Below, piece by piece: positions 56,378 to 64,000 of a stretch of DNA of 64,000 nucleotides. Origin of the DNA: Guillardia theta CCMP2712 (taxonomy: Eukaryota > Protista > Cryptophyta). The stretch lies in NCBI RefSeq assembly GCF_000315625.1, contig NW_005434608.1:17969-81968 (forward strand), in the 5' to 3' direction. Made by a program: the position numbers and the translations under genes. The number at the start of each line of letters is the position of its first letter. Position 1 is the first letter of the stretch. Under the pieces are notes generated by a model. That model had not been told where the DNA came from and did not search any database. It saw only the letters and a list, made by a program, of their open reading frames with translations.

Positions 56378-57640
56378 TCAACCTTCTTTCTGCCAACCGC
56401 TCGTAGACCAGATGACCATCAACGGTTGCGCACAGCCTACTATCAGCTCTCTGTGCAACTTGTTCTTTGGCGGAATGATCAAACCTAGCAATGCCGGAGT
56501 TCCAAGATCGATCGATTTCTCATGCACGCAAGTCTTAAGTTCAGAAAATGCATCTGCCTCTGACCCTGGCAGCAATATGCTCACGATGCGATTCGGCGAT
56601 CTGACGAGAGCATCCAATCCGCAGTCTGAGTGCTCCTTACCGGCGATGTTGTGAAGGCCGAGGGTGGCCATGGGCGTCAAGGAGTTTTCGACCGTAAGCA
56701 TGAGGTCAAGGTCCCACCCCTCCACGTGAACGACTCGCACATTGAGGATCCTCCCTGAGGCAAGCTTGATGTTTCCCTGCCACAGCAGAGGGAGATGCCC
56801 GACTTCCGTCTCAGGAACGTGAAATGATTCCACTGGGATCCTCACTCCGCAGAAGACCTGATGGTCTAGGGAGCCTTTGTTGCCTTGCGGCCTTTTGGGC
56901 GAAGGTTTCTTGGAGTTGAAGACTGTATTGTACAAGCTGCTCCGCCCCACATTGCCAACGTTTTCATTGGATGTTGAGGGTCTGACATGCAGGGAGGCTG
57001 TATCCATGGCTGAGATGATTCGAAAACCTCGTGGGAACGAAACTCATACCCTCTTCTTCATCACCACGATATTGAGTCCCTGATGTGCAGTGTGTAATAA
57101 ACCATCCTGGGTATGTAGCGCCTTTTGAGGTATCAGAGGAGGCTCAAATCATGATCTTTCTCAGGCAACCCCCCGCACGTCACTGTGTTCAGCGTCAAGG
57201 TCACAATTAGTCAAGCATCCCTCCATCACTTCAGAACTCCGGATCATACTAAGCACTCCTTACATGTCGTACCATTGCGTTCTGTGCTTGTCACGTGGAT
57301 GATCCAAATTCAAAGAATATCTAGTGAGCAAAGTGGATTGTGTTCAAGCCACTATGCGGATCATGTCTGTTGGCTGGTTTAAATGTCGAACAGCCTTAGT
57401 GAGAGAAGAGTCTCAATATCTCTGGCAGAGCTTTTTGTGCTCTCCGTGACAGAAGATCTTCTCCTCTCCTCACAATAATGCGAGAAATTCAATTCTTTCC
57501 AAAATGAAAGATTAAATGTGGGGAGTGAAAAATGTTTGAAGAGAGTGGGTAGTTCGTAGTCGCTGAGGCCTTTCCTTGCTTTCCTATGCCTCAACCTCCG
57601 GTATGCCCTCAACGTTTTCTTCTCTGTTTGTCTCTCCACC
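56378..57640 (-). CDS. Hypothetical multi-exon protein, C-terminal region possibly SPOC-like
   Basis: 209-aa terminal ORF with LLWQGNIKL...AFSELKT...LIIPP, loosely matching a SPOC pattern; upstream exons uncertain. Confidence 0.4.
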
Positions 57641-58593
57641 TGAGATTCGGTCCAATTCTTCTGGGTGTCTGCTTTGCTCTGTTGTTTGCCGTCCTGACTC
57701 GGCCGGCCCAGATTTTATGCTTCCAAAAGTTTATCTTTTTCTCTCTCTCCTTCTCCTTCTCCTCCTTCTTCTCCTTGTTCTCTCTTCTCGTACTGAATAC
57801 CGTCCTCTCCCGCTCCCTTGTTGTCTTCACCGCATCCTCCTCTTACTCCTCATCGTTATTCCCTCCCTCCCCGCACCGCTATCGTTCCTCTCCCGCTCCT
57901 CTTCCCGCTCGCACCCACCCTTTATATCATTTCTAGCCCCCATTCAATGCCCACTACCCCCTATTATTACTGTTTATCACCCGTATCCCTCTACCTGTCA
58001 TAATCGTCGACAGTACCCCTACCCCAGTGTAGACTATAAAAAACCTCAGGCTACTGCGCTGATGATGGATGCATATGAATGCACAGAGTTGCATCGCAGC
58101 TGGTGATGGCTGATGAGACAAGAGACGAGACAAGACATGAGACTAGACATGAGTTGACGACCTCCATATGTGACAATGAGGTTGATCTCGATCCGTGAGA
58201 CCTTTACGAATCGTGACGATTGTGTCAATGGCGACGCGGGAGCAGAAGACGAATGAAAACATGGTGAACACATGGGCTTGAGACTCTCAATTGAATTGTT
58301 CTTGCCTTATTCTGAATGACATTACCTGCAAGGCAGGATCTCTAGCATGTAGAAGACAATTATGGGAGTTACTGTAGCAACTCAGGACACGATCGTCCAG
58401 GCAGTGAACCTCGAAGTGCCAGGGGTTAGGCACGTTGTCCATACTCGAAGGCCGAGAGACGACTCAAGTTACGAACTTTACTGAATATTGAGTGCGGTGA
58501 TGAACGAAAAAGCATGAGCATCCAATCCTTCGGTCTGCTACACGTCGAGTTTCAAATTGAACCCATTCACTCCTCCTATGTTACCTGGACGCT

Positions 58594-59728
58594 TTAAACG
58601 AGGATAGGACGGCTGGGCTTGGGGAGGTTTGACTTCTTCGTCTGGATAACCTGCGTGCAGACAGTAAGTTGCTGCTACCGTCCTCTCCATCCTACCTCAT
58701 CGATGATTCCGTACTCCCTCGCCTCCTCGGGGGTCATGAAGAAGTCGCGATCGGTGTCTACACGACAAGTCAGGTCGATGCACTTTCAGCGCAGGGAAAT
58801 GTCAGCGAACCTTCTTCAATCTTGTCGAGCGGCTGACCAGTAGCGTCGGCCATGTAGCTGAAAAGAAAAATCATCAGCAAAAAACAGTCGCGGAAGCGTG
58901 CCGATCCTGACCTGTTGAGCAGGGACTTGACGAAGAGAATCTCCTTGGCTTGGATCTCAATGTCTGCAGCCTGTCCAACATCTTCAGCAGGGCGCCTGAG
59001 CTCTTCTGGGCATGCCAACCTGTCCCTGAGCTCCTCCAAGGGGCTGATGGATCATAATACGAGCGTTAGGCAGCGACTTCCTCTTTCCAGGAGCTCCCGA
59101 GCAGAGCAAGAAGGCACCCATAGATGCGGCAGTACCGAAGCAGACGGTGGAGGCCTGCCAGACTTGTAAACAGCCTTTCTTGGCATATGCATTATAAGCA
59201 AACTCACATCGCAAGGGATGTACTGCATGGTATCATAGATAGCCATGCCAGCGGAGACAGATCCTCCCGGAGAGTTGACTGTTTACATGATATCAGCACG
59301 CCCATGGCTCATAGTATGGTATCGAGACACTCACTGTACATGGTGATGTCCTTGCCAGGATCCTCGTTTGCCAAAAACAACATCTGGGCTACGAGATTGT
59401 TGGCGACCTCGTCATTCACGTCGGTACCCAGAAGCAAAATCCTGTCCTTGGCCAATCGAGAGTAGATATCCATTTGGCCCTCTCCCACAGACACCATGGG
59501 CATGGGAATGCTAGGCTTGGGTGGAGGAGCCTCGCCTGGTCTTGGCTGGGGCTGCTCAGGCATCATCATGGGACCAGAAGCCCTGGGGGTCCAGATGTTG
59601 GACTTCATCGACAGCCTGAGGCTTGCAGCTCTGCGTGAGGCCACAGGAAGGGAAGAAGGGGCAAATGCCGAGGAGTAGGGCGCCATGGAAAGAACTGCAG
59701 CGCCAGCGTAGACAAGGAAGCGCAACAT
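58594..59728 (-). CDS. clpP: Plastid-targeted ATP-dependent Clp protease proteolytic subunit
   Basis: [32 protein letters not shown] (Ser), IMIHQP (His), DRDFFM (Asp); leader [24 protein letters not shown]. Confidence 0.95.
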
Positions 59729-60699
59729 CCTGCATAGCACATGGTTAGAATATCCTTACATACAGATAACCATGAAATAATTGAGATTTCAATCTCAAAG
59801 ACGTGGCCTTGCAAATCAAGAGCATGAACCGAACTCTAAACCAATCGAAGAGATCGTTCAACTGATTTATCAACTCATCACAGTCTTCCTACTGCACGAC
59901 AGGGATCATCGATTTTGGGCCGATCAGGAAATCGTCGCAAATCGAACACTCAACAAAATATTACTGTGCTCTCGCACAGTTTCGAACAATAAAAACCAGC
60001 AACGAGAAAGCGACACATGCACTCTCATGAACAAAGCTGCTGCACCATTGCATCCACTTTTGTGACATGAGAACCTCAGCTGCACAAGACAGCAGCATTG
60101 AACCATTGAGAAAGGAGGAGAAGAAGGAGGAAAGATGAAGTTTCATTGGGTACACATGATTTTGGATGTCAGAATGAATCGTAAGGTGTATGAAGTCGAA
60201 AAGGTGGGCTGATGAATGAGCGAGGAGGAGGGATTGAAGGATAAGTGTACTCCAGGAAAGGAACGACGAAAGTTACTGTGAGAAAAGTGAGGGCCAAAGG
60301 AAATGGGAGCACAAGATGAGATAACACTCATCCGAGAATGAATCGAGGTGATGTAGTGGCGCTGGTGCAATGATCCCTTGCAGACATTAGTCACGAACGC
60401 ATAGCCGCCGCCTGCATGGCACGCGGAGGCCTGGAGGCCGAGGCTTTTGGATGTTCCCAGTGAGGGTACCCACTTTCAATTCAGTTTTGAAAATACAAAA
60501 TACTGTTCTTAATTTTCACAAAGTTATGGGAAACACAATATGTTGCGTCGAAACATTTGATCTACCTCTGAGAACCAGTAGATTTTCTGTACCTCATTGT
60601 AATTTTCAATAGATTCTTCAAACAGGTTTGGACAAATCAAATGTTTCGTTTAGATTTCAAATGTTCAATATCATCAGGATCAGTCACAATCAAATCAAG

Positions 60700-61540
60700 C
60701 AATGAGGGTAGGGGTCTACATTACAGCAAAATTGGGCTAGGGTCCTCTTCCGACTACCCTAGATGCAATTTGGAACACCCTTGGTAGTTCGTGAGGAGGG
60801 GTATGTTTATGCATTCGAAGGCTCTTCTAGGAGGGGTGATCACAGAATGTGGGTGAGGGTGGGGTACGCGAGTTTGTGTTGGTGGTAGCTGCTTCCCCAA
60901 CGAGGGGTAGGGTGGTAGGTGGGTCACATTGGTGGCTCAGCCAGTCTCGCGGTTCTTACTTAAAATTAAAATAATAAAAACCACAAAATAACCATGACCA
61001 CCTACCTGGGGACTTGACGTACAAGGGGTAGGGTAGGTAGTGGGTAGGTGGGGTAGTTTCAAGACACACACGGTGGGTGCACAAAGATCATGGGGTCAAT
61101 CAAAGCGCTAAAGTAGGGGTGGTATCAAGTCGGGGAGAAGCGTGTGTGTAGATTGTTGGGGTGGTACAGAGTGGCACAATATGATTGGGTAGGGTACTAT
61201 ACAGAAGAAGGTAGGGGTGATCCATGAATCCAGATAGGTAGGGGTAAAAAACACGGGGTAGTAATCAAGGGGGTAGGGGGGGATCCGGATTTCTGTTTGG
61301 GGAAATAAATTGAACTTTGGGGTAGGGTGGCGTAAAGCGAATGTAGGGGTGGGATAAGATTGATGGGGGGGTGAGGTATGGATTTTCTCTCCTAGAGTGG
61401 TGGGTGGTGATTAGAGCATTGGGGGGTGGCGGAATGAAGTAAAAATGGGTCGGGTACATCGCATGGAATATTGTAAGGGGGTAGGGTAGGTCATCTGATT
61501 CACGAAGGGTGGGGTACAGAGTAGAGGTAGGGTAGGGGAA
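60700..61540. other. Long GGGTAG-rich block, class B, with many G3-G7 runs
   Basis: Dense GGGGTAG(G) motifs on the + strand; non-coding character. Confidence 0.6.
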
Positions 61541-61899
61541 GGAGATGCATCTTCTTCTTTTTCCCCATGCGATGCAAGGGAATCGAAGGCAGCAGATGAT
61601 AGCGAAGAGAATGAAGGGAAGCGAGGAATAGGCAGGTGAGAGTCCAAGAGAGCGGATAGTAACGACGAGGAATGGCAGGGACAAAGAGGGAGGAAGTTGG
61701 CAAGAAACGAAAGAGAAGTCACAACCTGAAATATCGTACAATGAGGAAGAATTAATTTGCCAGGGGACAGAAAGGGGAAGACATGAAATATTTTCATGAA
61801 GTTGAGTTCGACAACATGATTGAAACCAAAGATTAAGCATACAAGATTCTCCGAGAGGTTTGGTGGAGATGAAAGGATTCGAACACGGAAGGAAATCAT

Positions 61900-64000
61900 G
61901 AGGTTCAGGGAAGGATATTGACCAGCGGATAGAGTGGTCACAGCTCGATGAGTGCGGTGCGAGCATGTGCAGGAGAGTGAGGAGATATGGCAGTAGTGAT
62001 GAGACCTGGTGACGCAAACATCTTGTTTGAGACACGGGGCACAAGAGAAATCCCTCGACGGGGCTCGCTGGCTCTGATGACTGGATCTTTGTAGAACTTG
62101 GAATGCGACGAGCTTCATGTGCCTTGCGATCAAGGTGGGGATCAGCCATTGGCAGGACTAGAGCCAACGACCTAGTCTCGCCGCTGAAAAGAAAGGCAAG
62201 GAAGCTGGTGGTGCCCAAGTCCTTCTGACCTGACAACAACAGGCTGTCGCCCGGGGGTTCGTCGGGAATCAGAGACGAGCGTTTACCCCTTCACGACCAG
62301 CATGGCAGCTAGACCTTGACGACCTTCTACAGAAGAACAAGTGTTCGAATGCTGCTACATGCTCCATCTTACTTGTGTGGTAGATACGGAGCTTCTGGTG
62401 ATCAGCACAAACCAGCCTTGGATGTCATTATGGACAAAGGGAATCATTATGAGATGTTGAAAGTGAGCGATCGTTTCTCATATTCCTTTGGATCTTGTTC
62501 TTGACGAGTTTGTACATCGACAGGACGAGGTCAACGTTTCTCCGGAATATCCTTACGACGTAGACGGTATGCAGAGCGCGAGGAAGGACGGGTAGTCTGT
62601 GTGACTTAGGCTTTGGACAGTGGGTCCTCTAATATGCAGAAAGATGAATCGATGTTTCCTTGCTGGAGGAGAGGTGCGTGGGAGGAACTGTTGCCTCCTT
62701 TGCACTGCCGTGACCTCCTTGACCTGCTCCTCAGCTGTGTGGCGAATATCAGCAGGGGAATCGGCAAAAGGGGATGCTTCAGGTTCAGCCGTGTCGGCGA
62801 GAATCGATTTTGAGAGCTTGCTGATGGTTGACCAGGATATCAACTCTGCGCTGAATGAGGGAGGATTCTTCTTCATCTTCAAGTATGACTTCACCTCTTG
62901 CGAAGGAACAGGCATTTGTCATGGGGGGACAGTGAGCAGAACAGATTTGGGAGAGTTCGCAGAGAAGGAAAAAGTGTAGAAGAGAGGGGTTGAATGTGTT
63001 TTAGAACGATCGAGGCAGATGCAGAAATAGTAGCAGACACAGTGATAGGAGGAAGACAAGGAGGGAAAAGTGGATTCCTTCTCTGTTCTGCCGTCTGTGA
63101 TACATGGAATTAGCAAGTTGAGTTTGTTGGGGAACCAAGAGAGAGGGAGAGGGAGAGGGAGAGGGAGAGGGAGAGGGAGAGGGAGAGAGAGTTACTTGAC
63201 ACTTTGGGGGTTCAGCACTATGATCACGGAAGCTCAATTGAACGACACATACGAGCACATGGCAGGTAAAAGATTGAGAAATGTCGCATATTTGCTCGAG
63301 GAGGATTCGAAAGACTGCACTGCTCGAGTTGACGTTTCCTTCTTCCCCAGCCATGTTCAAGGAGTCTGAGACAGCCCTCGGCATCGATGCGCCGAGTCCT
63401 TCGGGGAGAGGATTCAGCAGGAGAGGGATCCACTCGGCTGAGCCAGGTGCTTCATCCTCCACATCGCTCGGGACTCCTTGCGAAAAGTTCTTGTCCTTGT
63501 TCCTCTTCTCTCCTCCCCTCAGTCTTCCATCGACCCTTGCTTTGCTCTTTCCTCTTTCCTCTTCTCTCTCCCTCCTTCACCCGCCTTGAATAATCTCTTT
63601 GACCCGCCGTTTGCAGGAGTCATAGCAGAGCATCTTTGCTTCTCGTTCGGGAAAGACCACGATCTCCGTGGTGAGCTCTTCCTCCCCTTCCTCCTCCCGT
63701 TGGCCCTTGTCGTTCACTCTGCCACCAGAACCGAACCTGTGGCCTGCAGATATCATCAGACCAGGTGAGAGGACATGCATCCGATGCGCCCATTTCTTGT
63801 CCTCCCATCTCCTCCCCCCAGCCTCTTTCCCGCCTTCCTCTTCCTCTCCTCTATCCATGGCTCCTTTGTCCTCCTTGTCCTCCTTTTCCACGTTTTTTCG
63901 TTCTTCTTCCATCTCAAGTATCTTGAAGGATTCAAGAAAGACGTCAGTGAGCTCTTCAACGAGCTTGACTTTATATCCGACATGTTAGCCAAGGTGCCAA
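61900..64000 (-). CDS. 3' part of a multi-exon hypothetical gene continuing beyond the window
   Basis: Coding-like minus-strand segments (63577-63992, 63200-63462, 62553-62915) separated by low-complexity introns; no family confidently recognised; stop position uncertain. Confidence 0.45.

Noticed and set aside
60700-61540. Interstitial telomeric repeat
   Set aside because: No regular tandem unit; G-runs are irregularly spaced.
61265-62239. 324-aa and 240-aa minus-strand ORFs as standalone genes
   Set aside because: Their 3' halves run through the C-rich strand of the class B island and low-complexity sequence; only the part near 62000-62240 may be a terminal exon.
62300-63330. GAF-like domain in the last gene
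   Set aside because: Only a vague pattern (LIMIPFVHNDIQGWFVL) with unresolved exon structure; not enough to call.

Overview
Eukaryotic, gene-dense DNA with many short introns (about 40-60 nt, GT/GC-AG) and long low-complexity tracts. A ClpP with a signal peptide plus 'SSA-FAP' bipartite leader points to an alga with a red-derived complex plastid; the overall style fits a cryptophyte such as Guillardia (inference). Recognisable genes: mitochondrial intermediate peptidase, a NIF/FCP1-like phosphatase, a Na+/solute symporter, a NIMA-related kinase, PEX1, ClpP and a collagen-like protein. The standout is a ~12.3-kb minus-strand gene (13257-25580) for an estimated ~4,000-aa protein: signal peptide, seven RCC1 repeats, 11-12 IPT/TIG domains (one interrupted by a Reelin-repeat-like module), a TM helix, then an OSCA/TMEM63/TMC/TMEM16-superfamily channel body, i.e. 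a candidate receptor or tethered ion channel. Also unusual: a Kv-CNBD channel fused to C2, two WW and MORN repeats with a TQVGYG filter; an EF-hand/BIR/PDZ protein; a young non-autonomous copia-type LTR element with a half-tRNA primer site and non-TG..CA ends; a 427-bp near-identical duplication creating a chimeric ORF; and near-strict head-to-head gene pairing with two classes of motif-dense block upstream of gene starts. Exon boundaries were read by eye and are approximate. There is a 100-N assembly gap at 42289-42388.
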